This document shows, piece by piece, positions 42,597-52,088 of a DNA stretch of 64,000 bases. The stretch spans positions 224,001 to 288,000 of the forward strand of contig JAZRKN010000001.1 of NCBI GenBank assembly GCA_045646345.1, read 5' to 3'. Made by a program: the position numbers and the translations under genes. The notes beneath the pieces are model-generated. The model was not told the origin of the DNA. It saw only the letters and a program-made list of their open reading frames with translations, and ran no database searches. This DNA is from Candidatus Scatovivens sp. (GTDB taxonomy: Bacteria; Bacillota; Clostridia; TANB77; CAG-508). Each line of letters begins with the position of its first letter. The stretch's first letter is position 1.

Positions 42597-43301
42597 CTAT
42601 ATCTCAAACAAATCAAATTTTAAATAATCCGAACTAATTAATTTGTAATCAATTCCATTTATTATCCCTTCAACAGCATCTTTATGAGATTCACCATGTA
42701 AATGTCCATAAAAACATTTTGAAATATTATTATCTTTTAATGTTTTTATAAAATCTATTTCTTCTGGGATTAAAACTTCTTTATAAAATGGTGGATAATG
42801 AATAAACGCAATCATTTCTTTCATTTCACCAAATTGTTTTTTACCACTATTTATAGAAAGCTTTAATCTATCATTTTCTCTTTTTAATATTTTATAATTA
42901 TCTTGAGATTTCCAAGTATTTAACCACCCTCTTGTTCCAACTATAATTTTATCCTCTATTAAGTATGAATTATTATAAAGAAAATCTATATTATCAAAAT
43001 TATTCTCTTTTAAAAATTTTCTCATACTCGTTAAAGTTGTCCACCAATAGTCATGATTCCCTTTCGATAATATTTTCTTACCTGGAAGACTACATAAAAA
43101 TTCAAAATCTTTATATGTTTCTTCCAAATATGTAGCCCATGAAAAATCACCCGGTAAAATAACAGTATCGTCTTCTTTTACTTTTTTCTCCCAGTTCTCT
43201 CTTATTTTTTCGGCATGATTTTCCCAGTTATTACCAAATATATCCATTGGTTTATTAGTTGAAAAAGATAGGTGTAAATCTCCAATCACATATATTGACA
43301 T
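42597..43301 (-). CDS. Calcineurin-like metallophosphoesterase
   Basis: GDLH, GDFSW, GNHD, HYPP, GHLH. Confidence 0.92.
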   Translation of the reverse strand: MSIYVIGDLHLSFSTNKPMDIFGNNWENHAEKIRENWEKKVKEDDTVILPGDFSWATYLEETYKDFEFLCSLPGKKILSKGNHDYWWTTLTSMRKFLKENNFDNIDFLYNNSYLIEDKIIVGTRGWLNTWKSQDNYKILKRENDRLKLSINSGKKQFGEMKEMIAFIHYPPFYKEVLIPEEIDFIKTLKDNNISKCFYGHLHGESHKDAVEGIINGIDYKLISSDYLKFDLFEI

Positions 43302-43312
43302 ACACATCTCCT

Positions 43313-43495
43313 TTATAATCTTTTTATAGGATCATCATTTTCTTCTTCAAAATCTTGATTTATTTTATTTTCATAGTTTGAATTGTTCTTGTTATTTTTT
43401 GAATTTGTTAAGAAAAAATATATTATTGTTGAAAACATTATAAATCCAACCATTGCATTTATTGCAATATTAAATAGTTCAATTATAGACTCCAT
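43313..43495 (-). CDS. Small single-TM protein
   Basis: AAGGAG RBS, N-terminal hydrophobic helix, ends DDPIKRL. Confidence 0.7.
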   Translation of the reverse strand: MESIIELFNIAINAMVGFIMFSTIIYFFLTNSKNNKNNSNYENKINQDFEEENDDPIKRL

Positions 43496-43509
43496 TTTTA
43501 TTCTCCTTC

Positions 43510-43863
43510 TTAAACAAATTTTATAGGATTATCACTAGAACTATCATCGTTATAATCTTCACTTGTATTGTTATTTCCAATTACAGTTTTTTCTATTTTT
43601 TTATTCATTGTAACTGTATATTTTTTACAATCATCAGCTTGAGTTGATTGTAACGTTGGATCTTTTATATCCACATTATCTGGAACCATAATATTTTTTA
43701 CATTTTCATTAGAAGAATAATCATCAAGACTTTCTATTTCTTTTATCAAATTATTTTTCATTGGTTCTTCGTTTTTTAATGAATCCATTCTGTGCAAATT
43801 CATTATATAACAAAGCATCACTCCCATTATAATAGCAAGTAACAAAAAAACTATATCAATCAT
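43510..43863 (-). CDS. Single-TM protein with disordered acidic tail
   Basis: AAAGGAGA RBS before ATG 43863; ends DNPIKFV. Confidence 0.7.
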   Translation of the reverse strand: MIDIVFLLLAIIMGVMLCYIMNLHRMDSLKNEEPMKNNLIKEIESLDDYSSNENVKNIMVPDNVDIKDPTLQSTQADDCKKYTVTMNKKIEKTVIGNNNTSEDYNDDSSSDNPIKFV

Positions 43864-43876
43864 TTGTATCTCTCCT

Positions 43877-44872
43877 TTATTCACCTATTTTTAAATTAGG
43901 AATAGCATTTAATTTCATATCCGCTCTTTCTTCATTTGTATAATTATAATACCCAGCGGCAGCTATCATTGCTGCATTATCCGTACAAAGAATTGGTTCT
44001 GGATAATATACTTTTATACCTAATTCTTCAGCTAACTTATCAAACGAACTTCTTATATATGAATTTCTAGAAACCCCACCTGCAATAACAATTTTATCTG
44101 ATGAAAATTGTTTTACCGCTTTTCTTACATTAGATGTTAACATCTCCGTAACAGCTTCTTGGAAACTTGCACATAAATCCGCTTTATCAATATTGGGATC
44201 TTTATGATTCAAGTTTATAACAGCAGTTTTTATTCCGCTAAAACTAAAATCTAAATTATCAAAATGTGTTACTGGTAATTTTATTGTCGGTTTTCCTTGT
44301 TTTGCTAAATTATCAACTTTAGGTCCTCCTGGATAACCAAGACCAACAACTCTTGCAACCTTGTCAAAAGCTTCTCCTATTGCATCATCTCTTGTTTTTC
44401 CTAAAATTTCAAATTCATTATAAGATTTAACATTTACCAAGTGAGTATGTCCACCTGATATAATTAAACAAATAAATGGTGGTTTTAATTCACTATGTGT
44501 TAAATAATTTCCAGCTATATGACCTTCAATATGATTTACTGCAACTAATGGTTTTCCTGTCACATAACTTAAACCTTTACTATAAGAAACTCCAACTAGC
44601 AATGCTCCGACCAATCCTGGTCCTTGAGTTACAGCAATTGCATCTATATCGTCTAAAGTTACATTTGCTTCTTTTAAAGACTCTTTCATAATTCCATTTA
44701 TAACTTCCGTGTGACATCTTGATGCAATTTCAGGAACTACTCCACCATATTCTTCATGTATTTTTATTTGAGAATTTATACAATTCGATAAAACCTCCCT
44801 ACCATTTTTTACAATGGCTACAGAAGTTTCATCACAACTTGATTCAATTCCCATTATTAAAACATCTTTCAA
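43877..44872 (-). CDS. tsaD: tRNA N6-adenosine threonylcarbamoyltransferase
   Basis: [42 protein letters not shown]. Confidence 0.98.
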   Translation of the reverse strand: MKDVLIMGIESSCDETSVAIVKNGREVLSNCINSQIKIHEEYGGVVPEIASRCHTEVINGIMKESLKEANVTLDDIDAIAVTQGPGLVGALLVGVSYSKGLSYVTGKPLVAVNHIEGHIAGNYLTHSELKPPFICLIISGGHTHLVNVKSYNEFEILGKTRDDAIGEAFDKVARVVGLGYPGGPKVDNLAKQGKPTIKLPVTHFDNLDFSFSGIKTAVINLNHKDPNIDKADLCASFQEAVTEMLTSNVRKAVKQFSSDKIVIAGGVSRNSYIRSSFDKLAEELGIKVYYPEPILCTDNAAMIAAAGYYNYTNEERADMKLNAIPNLKIGE

Positions 44873-44889
44873 TTTTTTCTCCTTATATT

Positions 44890-45636
44890 TTATAAAAATA
44901 ATCCTACTATAAAATCTACACCTATAAAAACTATATTTGACACAAATTCAATTACTGGTGCTACTATGATTTCTAAAAAACCAAAAATCCATAATATCAT
45001 AAATACCATATATAATGTTTGATAGTTTTCTGTAAGCCATACTTGAGCTCTGTATGGTAATAAATTTCTAAATATTTTTTCACCATCAAGTGGAGGTAAC
45101 GGAAGTAAATTAAATACTCCAAGTCCAATATTTACTGTTATTAACATTGATAATAAAGCCATTCCTATTGCCCCAAAAGTTGAAGTAGCATACATTCCAC
45201 CTGTTAATTCATATATTATTGAATAAGCAAAGCAACATACAATTGCTATAAAGAAATTCATTAAAGGACCAGCTAAAGATACCATTGCTTCACAGAACCC
45301 TCTAGATTTGTTTGAATTAAAATTTGTCGGATTTATTTGAACAGGTTTCCCCCATCCAATATGAGCAAACATCATTAAGAAAAATCCAAACCAATCTAAA
45401 TGAGATATAGGATTTAATGTTAGTCTTCCCTGATTTCTTGGCGTTGTATCACCTAATCTATCTGCAGCAAAAGCATGAGCAAATTCATGAAATGTTATTG
45501 CAATTATTACCGCAGGTAATGTTAATAATAAATATAGCCATTCTCCAGACCCCATACTCATTAGTGAAAATATTACTAATGCTATAATTACTCCATTTAT
45601 AACTTTTTGATTAACTCCGTTGTATCCAAAAAACAT
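44890..45636 (-). CDS. Site-2 protease (M50 family)
   Basis: [29 protein letters not shown]. Confidence 0.93.
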   Translation of the reverse strand: MFFGYNGVNQKVINGVIIALVIFSLMSMGSGEWLYLLLTLPAVIIAITFHEFAHAFAADRLGDTTPRNQGRLTLNPISHLDWFGFFLMMFAHIGWGKPVQINPTNFNSNKSRGFCEAMVSLAGPLMNFFIAIVCCFAYSIIYELTGGMYATSTFGAIGMALLSMLITVNIGLGVFNLLPLPPLDGEKIFRNLLPYRAQVWLTENYQTLYMVFMILWIFGFLEIIVAPVIEFVSNIVFIGVDFIVGLFL

Positions 45637-45799
45637 TTAATTTCCTCCTTAGTTCTCATTTTAAGTTTTTACAATTCGTATTTTTTTACTCACATATTAT
45701 ACCAATTTTTCATTTATTTTTCAATGAAATTCTCTATATTTTTTCTAAAAAATAAAAGAAAGCAGATATTATTCTGCTCTCTTTTTATTTTATTTTTTA

Positions 45800-47302
45800 T
45801 TAATTTAATGGTTTCATTGTTGGGAATAAAATTACATCTCTAATTGATGCTGAATCAGTTAATAACATAACCAATCTATCAATTCCAATTCCCATTCCAC
45901 CTGTTGGTGGTAATCCGTATTCTATAGCAACACAGAAATCTTCATCCATGTCATTTGCTTCTTCGTCTCCAGCTTCTTTTTGTTTGATTTGTTCAACAAA
46001 TCTATCTCTTTGATCAATTGGATCATTTAACTCTGAATAAGCATTTCCATATTCACGTCCACCAATGAATAATTCAAATCTTTCAACTAATCTCTTATCA
46101 GATGGTTTTCTCTTTGTTAATGGAGATACTTCAACTGGATAATCACATATAAATGTTGGTTGAATTAATGTTTCTTCAACAAATTCTTCAAAGAATGCAT
46201 TTATAATATAACCTCTTGTTTGTTTTGAGTCATCTACTTCAACATGTTTTTCTTTAGCAATAGCAATTGCTTCTTCGTCTGTGTTAATTTCATTAAAATC
46301 AACACCAGTTACTTCTTTGATAGCTGTTATCATCGGAACTCTTCTCCAAGCTGATTCTAAATCAATATCTAAACCTTGGTAATTAATTTTTGCTGTTCCT
46401 AAGCATTTTTCAGCAACTGTTCTAATCATGTTTTCTGATAAATCCATCATATCATTGTAATCTTGATATGCAGCATAGAACTCAATTCCTGTATATTCTG
46501 GGTTATGTTTAATATCCATTCCTTCATTTCTAAACATTCTTCCCATTTCATATACTCTATCAAATCCACCAACTATTAATCTTTTCAAATATAATTCGTT
46601 AGCAATTCTTAAATACATATCTAAATCTAATGTATTGTGATGTGTAATGAATGGTCTTGCGTTAGCTCCACCGGCTATTGTGTTTAATATTGGTGTATCA
46701 ACTTCTAAATATCCTTCATTATCTAAGTAATTTTTAATTTCTTTTAAAATTTTACTTCTTAAAAGGAATGTTTCTTTTACTTCTGGATTTACAATCAAAT
46801 CTACATATCTTTGTCTATATCTTAAATCTATATCTTTTAAACCATGAAATTTTTCTGGTAAATCTCTTAATGATTTTGTAAGAAGAACAACTTCTTTTGC
46901 ATGTATAGAGATTTCTTCAGTTTTTGTTTTGAAAACAAATCCTTTAATTCCAATGATATCTCCTATATCATATGTTTTGAAAGCTTTATAACTTTCTTCA
47001 CCTAAATCATTTATACTAACATAACTTTGAATTCTTCCTTGGCTATCTTGAATTGTAACAAAAGATGCTTTTCCCATGATTCTTTTGGCCATAATTCTAC
47101 CAGCTACAGAAACATCTTTACCTTCAAATGCATCATAGTTATTTTTGATATCCATTGATTGCTCAGTTCTGTCGTATTTTGTGATTTCAAAAGGATCTTT
47201 ACCAGCATCTTGAAGTTCTTTTAATTTATCAATTCTAACTTGCATTAATCTGTTAATATCCTCTTCAGTTTGAATTATTTCATTATTTTCATTTTCGTTC
47301 AT
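45800..47302 (-). CDS. lysS: Lysine--tRNA ligase (class II)
   Basis: [37 protein letters not shown]. Confidence 0.99.
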   Translation of the reverse strand: MNENENNEIIQTEEDINRLMQVRIDKLKELQDAGKDPFEITKYDRTEQSMDIKNNYDAFEGKDVSVAGRIMAKRIMGKASFVTIQDSQGRIQSYVSINDLGEESYKAFKTYDIGDIIGIKGFVFKTKTEEISIHAKEVVLLTKSLRDLPEKFHGLKDIDLRYRQRYVDLIVNPEVKETFLLRSKILKEIKNYLDNEGYLEVDTPILNTIAGGANARPFITHHNTLDLDMYLRIANELYLKRLIVGGFDRVYEMGRMFRNEGMDIKHNPEYTGIEFYAAYQDYNDMMDLSENMIRTVAEKCLGTAKINYQGLDIDLESAWRRVPMITAIKEVTGVDFNEINTDEEAIAIAKEKHVEVDDSKQTRGYIINAFFEEFVEETLIQPTFICDYPVEVSPLTKRKPSDKRLVERFELFIGGREYGNAYSELNDPIDQRDRFVEQIKQKEAGDEEANDMDEDFCVAIEYGLPPTGGMGIGIDRLVMLLTDSASIRDVILFPTMKPLN

Positions 47303-47441
47303 AGTATCAAACGCCCCTTTTTATTATATTTTGACTAAGTTATTATACACCAAAATAAATTTATTGTAAACCGCTTTTCAGTAAGAAAATTCGTTTTTTT
47401 CTAATTTTTAACTTACATACACTTATTTTTTTATTATTTTT

Positions 47442-49643
47442 TTATTCTGAAATTATTTTTTTTATAAATTCCCATGTTTCTTGCATTGATTTTATAGAAA
47501 CTCTTTCTTTTGGACTATGTGCATCATATGCGTCTGCTCCAATACAAACATATTCCAAATCCTTAATTTTATATTTAAAAAATCCACCTTCTACAACACC
47601 TTGTGAAATTTTAAGTTCGATATCTTTATCAAAATTTTCTTTATATATTCTAGCACATTTTTTCACAAGTGATGATTCGTAATCGGGTTCAATACCTTTT
47701 AGTTCTTGTTGCCAAACTATTTTTATATCATTTTCATTTTCAATTTTCTTTAAATTATCCAAATAACAATCTCTTAATTTTAAATCATTAGCTCTTAAAG
47801 AATATTCGAATCTAACACAGCTTTCATCTTCTCTTATTGCTGCCATATTAGCAGATAAAATAACATTATTATTTTCATCATATTCTATTGCACCATTTAC
47901 AAAAGAATTCACAAAATTTATTATTTTATTGCTAATATCTTTTGAATATACTTTCGAATTTTCCTTAGAATCTTGTTGTATTAATTCTATTTTTCCGTCT
48001 TCTCCAAAAAACCTAATTTGTTTATTAACATTTTCTTTTATTTTTTCATATTCATTTTCTAAAGTCCAAAAAACAATTTTAAAATCTCTAGGTATTACAT
48101 TTACTCTGCTACCTCCACCAAGTGATTGAATATATACATTATCTATTTTAGAAATAACTTCAATACCTAACTTTATTGGATTTCCTCTTTTTACATCCCC
48201 AATATTCCCTCCTGAGTGTCCACCCAAAAATTCTGAATATCTTAGTTCATATTTTACTAAATTATTATTTTCTAATTTTATTTTCTCTGCTTCAATTTCT
48301 CCAAACCATTCCATACAATTTGCGGAACTTATAACCATTTTTCCTTGTTTTCCATTATCAAGAGAAATTATTTTCTTAGTTTTTATTTGTTTTTCATCAA
48401 TTTTTATAGCACCGATCATTGTAGTTTCTTCTTCTGTTGTAAATATACATTCTATACTTGGTCCCTTAATCTTATTTGAATCTAAAATTGCAAGCATATA
48501 TGCAACACCAACTCCATTATCTGCCCCTAAAGTTGTACCATTTGCTTTTATAAAATCACCATCTTGATACAATTTAATCGGGTCTTTTGAAAAATCATGT
48601 ATACTTCCTTCTACTTTTTCACAAATCATATCTGTATGACCTTGGAAACCAATCATCTCTTTATTTTCAAATCCTGCGGATGCAGTTTTTCTTATAATTA
48701 CATTATTATATTCATCTGTGTAATATTCTAAATTTCTTTTTTTAGCGAATTCTACTAAATAATCTCTTACTTTTTGCTCATTCCCTGACTCTCTTGGAAT
48801 ATCACTTATTTCTTTAAAAAATTTAATTACTTCTTTTGGTTCATTCTCATCTATTACTAATTCTTTCATATTATTTTCCTCATAATTTATATATCTTTTT
48901 AAAAATTCTTTTGTCCTTGATTTTTGTGGTTTCTTTATAACTTTATCTGGTGTACCTTCTTCCACAATTACTCCACCATCCATGAATATAACTCTATCGG
49001 CAACTTCTTCTGCAAATTTAATTTCGTGAGTTACAATCACCATAGTTCTATTTTCCTTTGATAAATTCTTAATTGTTTTTAAAACTTCACCAACAAGTTC
49101 TGGGTCTAAAGCAGAAGTTGGTTCATCCATACAAATTATTTTTGGATTTATTGCTAAAACTCTTGCAATAGAAACTCTTTGTTTTTGTCCTCCTGATAAA
49201 TCACATGGATAAGAATTTGCTTTATCTTTTAGTTCCATTTTTTCTAAAACTTCAGCTGCTCTTTTATCCGCTTCTTCTTTTGACATTTTTAAAACATTTA
49301 CCAAACTTATTGTTATATTCTCTTTTACTGATAAGTGTGGAAACAAATTAAAATCTTGAAATACCATTCCTGTATCTAAATTTATCTTGTTTAAAATATC
49401 TTTATTGTTATAGATAGGTTTGTTATTTTTATATTCTTTTATCATTTCTTTTTCATTTATTATTATATTTCCTGAATTTATTTTTTCTAAATTATTTATG
49501 CATCTTAAAACAGTAGATTTTCCTGAACCAGAAGGTCCTAATATAACTAAAGTTTCCCCTTCTTTAACTGAAAAAGATACATCTTTTATCACTTCTATAT
49601 TTCCATATTTTTTACTTAAATTTCTAACTTCTAAAACATTCAC
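47442..49643 (-). CDS. In-frame fusion: polar amino-acid ABC ATPase (aa 1-258) + PepD-type M20 Xaa-His dipeptidase (from internal ATG 48869)
   Basis: GPSGSGKST, LSGGQKQR, DEPTSALDPE; then IPRESGNE, QGHTDM, TTLGADNG, TEEE, GGHSG, AHSPKE. Confidence 0.88.
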   Translation of the reverse strand: MNVLEVRNLSKKYGNIEVIKDVSFSVKEGETLVILGPSGSGKSTVLRCINNLEKINSGNIIINEKEMIKEYKNNKPIYNNKDILNKINLDTGMVFQDFNLFPHLSVKENITISLVNVLKMSKEEADKRAAEVLEKMELKDKANSYPCDLSGGQKQRVSIARVLAINPKIICMDEPTSALDPELVGEVLKTIKNLSKENRTMVIVTHEIKFAEEVADRVIFMDGGVIVEEGTPDKVIKKPQKSRTKEFLKRYINYEENNMKELVIDENEPKEVIKFFKEISDIPRESGNEQKVRDYLVEFAKKRNLEYYTDEYNNVIIRKTASAGFENKEMIGFQGHTDMICEKVEGSIHDFSKDPIKLYQDGDFIKANGTTLGADNGVGVAYMLAILDSNKIKGPSIECIFTTEEETTMIGAIKIDEKQIKTKKIISLDNGKQGKMVISSANCMEWFGEIEAEKIKLENNNLVKYELRYSEFLGGHSGGNIGDVKRGNPIKLGIEVISKIDNVYIQSLGGGSRVNVIPRDFKIVFWTLENEYEKIKENVNKQIRFFGEDGKIELIQQDSKENSKVYSKDISNKIINFVNSFVNGAIEYDENNNVILSANMAAIREDESCVRFEYSLRANDLKLRDCYLDNLKKIENENDIKIVWQQELKGIEPDYESSLVKKCARIYKENFDKDIELKISQGVVEGGFFKYKIKDLEYVCIGADAYDAHSPKERVSIKSMQETWEFIKKIISE

Positions 49644-49661
49644 TTTAACACCTCCTTTTTA

Positions 49662-50312
49662 TTAACTATAATACTCTAATCTTTTTTCTAACCTATTAAA
49701 AATAATTGAAACAAAAAATACTAAAATCAAATAATATCCACCTGCTAAAACTAAAGGAATTATAGAAAAATTATAACTTGCTTGTTTTTGAGCTAAAGCA
49801 AACATTTCTGTAACTCCAATAATTTGTGCAAGTGATGTTGTTTTTAAAAGTGAAATAACTTCATTAGACATTGATGGCAAAATTATTTTTACTACCTGTG
49901 GCAAAGTTATTAAGAAAAAAGTTTGTACTTTATTAAAACCTAATGTATAAGCCGCTTCTTTTTGACCTTCTGGAATACTATTTATCCCACTTCTAAAAAT
50001 TTCTGCAAAATATGCTGCATAATTAATTACAAATGCTATTATTATTGCTAAAAATCTGTCATAACTAATTCCAAACATATAATATGGACAAAAATAAACA
50101 ACAATTATTTGTAACATGATTGGAGTTCCTCTTATTAGTAGAATATATCCTTTAATAAAAAACGTTATTAACTTAAATTTTGAATTTCTTAAAACCGCTA
50201 CTAAAATACCAAGCGGTATTGCAAATATAAATGTTAAAACAAATATTTGAAGAGAAACTCCAATTCCAGAAAACAGTATTTTTGCAACATTTACTGTTTG
50301 CTCTAAATTCAT
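49662..50312 (-). CDS. Polar amino-acid ABC transporter permease
   Basis: IRGTP, AAYFAEIFRSGI...GQKEAA..LG EAA motif. Confidence 0.95.
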   Translation of the reverse strand: MNLEQTVNVAKILFSGIGVSLQIFVLTFIFAIPLGILVAVLRNSKFKLITFFIKGYILLIRGTPIMLQIIVVYFCPYYMFGISYDRFLAIIIAFVINYAAYFAEIFRSGINSIPEGQKEAAYTLGFNKVQTFFLITLPQVVKIILPSMSNEVISLLKTTSLAQIIGVTEMFALAQKQASYNFSIIPLVLAGGYYLILVFFVSIIFNRLEKRLEYYS

Positions 50313-50313
50313 A

Positions 50314-51114
50314 TTACTTCACCTCATTTATAATTATCATATCTTTCCCAAACCATTTGTTGGAAATTTCATCTAATTTTCCTTCTTTATTTAATTTTGT
50401 TAATGCGTTTTCAATTTTATCTTTTAATTCAGTATTTCCTTGTTTAAAAGCTATAACACTTCCGTTTGAAACAGTTATATTTTCAGATGGTACTGTTTCA
50501 TAATCTTTATTCTTTGATGTTATTAAATAATTTCCAATAATATTTGAACAGAATAACGCATCAATCCCTTCTGTTTCTAAATCCATAAATGCTGTTAAAT
50601 TATCTCCATATTGAATTATTTCTACTGTTTTTCCAAATTCAGATTTTTCTAAATCTTGTGCTTGAATTGATCCTGTTTGAACACCAATTTTTTTACCAAT
50701 CAATTCTTCTTGTGATTTTATCTCACTACCATTTTTTAATATAAAATAATTTTCACCTTTTATATAAGGATTTGTTAATGTCATTGTTGCAGCTCTTTCT
50801 TCGTTATATGCAAATCCATTCCAAATACAATCAATGTTTCCAGAACTTAATTCTTGTTCTTTTGAAGCCCAAGATATTGGTTGAAATTTAACTTCCATTC
50901 CTAATTCTTCAGCTACTGCTTTAGCTAAATCTATATCAAATCCCACTATTTCATTGTTCTCATTTCTAAATCCCATTGGTGGAAAACTATCATCTAATCC
51001 AACTACCAATTCGTTTTCTTCATTTGAACTTTCTTGTTTATTCATTCCAACTATTCCAAAAACTATTATTAAAATTACAACTACTGCAATTATTCCTTTT
51101 ACTATATTTTTCAT
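50314..51114 (-). CDS. Amino-acid ABC transporter substrate-binding protein (family 3), probably histidine
   Basis: VGLDDSFPPMGF, GFDIDLA, ISNKWFG; substrate inferred from the His leader. Confidence 0.9.
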   Translation of the reverse strand: MKNIVKGIIAVVVILIIVFGIVGMNKQESSNEENELVVGLDDSFPPMGFRNENNEIVGFDIDLAKAVAEELGMEVKFQPISWASKEQELSSGNIDCIWNGFAYNEERAATMTLTNPYIKGENYFILKNGSEIKSQEELIGKKIGVQTGSIQAQDLEKSEFGKTVEIIQYGDNLTAFMDLETEGIDALFCSNIIGNYLITSKNKDYETVPSENITVSNGSVIAFKQGNTELKDKIENALTKLNKEGKLDEISNKWFGKDMIIINEVK

Positions 51115-51275
51115 ATTAATTACCTCCAATTTTATTTTTTTAATTCTTAACTTTATATATTTTTTTAAATCAAAGTGAGAATTTTAAAAATTCCCTTTCT
51201 TTTTTATTCGAAATTGATTTTATTTTGCGCGCTATTTATAAAATCAATTTTCTTAACTTGTTCTTTTTGGTATAC

Positions 51276-51430
51276 AAAAAGAGCCTTAAAAGTATTCTAG
51301 ATATAATCTAGTACCTTTAAGGCTCTTAAAAACAATAAAGGCACAAGCATCATCAAAAGCCTGTGCCTAATATATTCTAAGACACAAGCTATTTTTTATG
51401 ATGATGTTTGTTACCTTTTACTAAATTCAT
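51276..51430 (-). promoter_or_regulatory. Histidine-sensing leader-peptide transcription attenuator
   Basis: Leader ORF with CAT CAT CAT, complementary TGATGATG segment, alternative hairpins and a U-tailed terminator at 51276-51327. Confidence 0.85.
51389..51430 (-). CDS. Leader peptide MNLVKGNKHHHKK
   Basis: AAAGGAG RBS, ATG 51430, TAG ending at 51389. Confidence 0.85.
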   Translation of the reverse strand: MNLVKGNKHHHKK

Positions 51431-51467
51431 AAAAAATAATTCTCCTTTGATTTTTTTCTATATTAAA

Positions 51468-51496
51468 ATGTTAGCATGATTTTTATAACTTGTCAA
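51468..51496 (-). promoter_or_regulatory. Sigma-A promoter of the His-leader operon
   Basis: TTGACA-17 nt-TAACAT with TG extension. Confidence 0.7.
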
Positions 51497-51660
51497 CATA
51501 ATTTTTTATTTTTTCTCTTTTAGTGTTCCTTTCCCTTGCTACTGTTGCACTTTATGTCAAGTTGTGTTATAATATCAATATATACATTATAGAAAGGAGT
51601 TTGAATCTCGAAAAAATTGTAACCCATAAACATTTTACCCGTTTCAACAGGAGGGTTTAT

Positions 51661-52017
51661 ATGAAAAGAAGACCTAGCAATTTGGTAACTAGCGACGAGG
51701 CACTTGAAATTGTAGAAAAAAGCATTAAAAGTGTCAACGATTTCTTCGAAATTGCCGGAGATGCATTCGGTGACTATGAAGAAAAAATCCAAGCACGCGA
51801 GTGTTTACAGGATCTAATTTCGGAGCTCACATGGAGATATGGAGCATCGAATGTACGTTTTAAATTTTCTCAAAAACGTAAGTTTTCTTCTCCAAAGATT
51901 CAACCGTTATCTAACATTCTGTTAGACGATAATGATCATCCGCTTTGGATTGATAGAGTTTTCGTAGAAGAAAACTTCGGTGAAGGAGAATTCACCCGTG
52001 TATACATTCGCTTCTAG
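51661..52017 (+). CDS. Hypothetical protein, 118 aa
   Basis: AGGAGG RBS before ATG 51661; promoter TTGCAC-17-TATAAT at 51545-51573. Confidence 0.7.
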   Translation: MKRRPSNLVTSDEALEIVEKSIKSVNDFFEIAGDAFGDYEEKIQARECLQDLISELTWRYGASNVRFKFSQKRKFSSPKIQPLSNILLDDNDHPLWIDRVFVEENFGEGEFTRVYIRF

Positions 52018-52043
52018 AGATTCACTTCTAGGAGTTTATATCC

Positions 52044-52088
52044 AAAAAACCGAAGGAGTTGGCTCATTTGCCAACTCCTTTTGGTTTT
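52044..52088. terminator. Bidirectional terminator
   Basis: AAGGAGTTGGC-TCATTT-GCCAACTCCTT with A/T flanks. Confidence 0.8.

Noticed and set aside
51523-51660. 46-aa N-terminal extension of the 51523-52017 ORF
   Set aside because: Overlaps the promoter; the strong RBS supports ATG 51661
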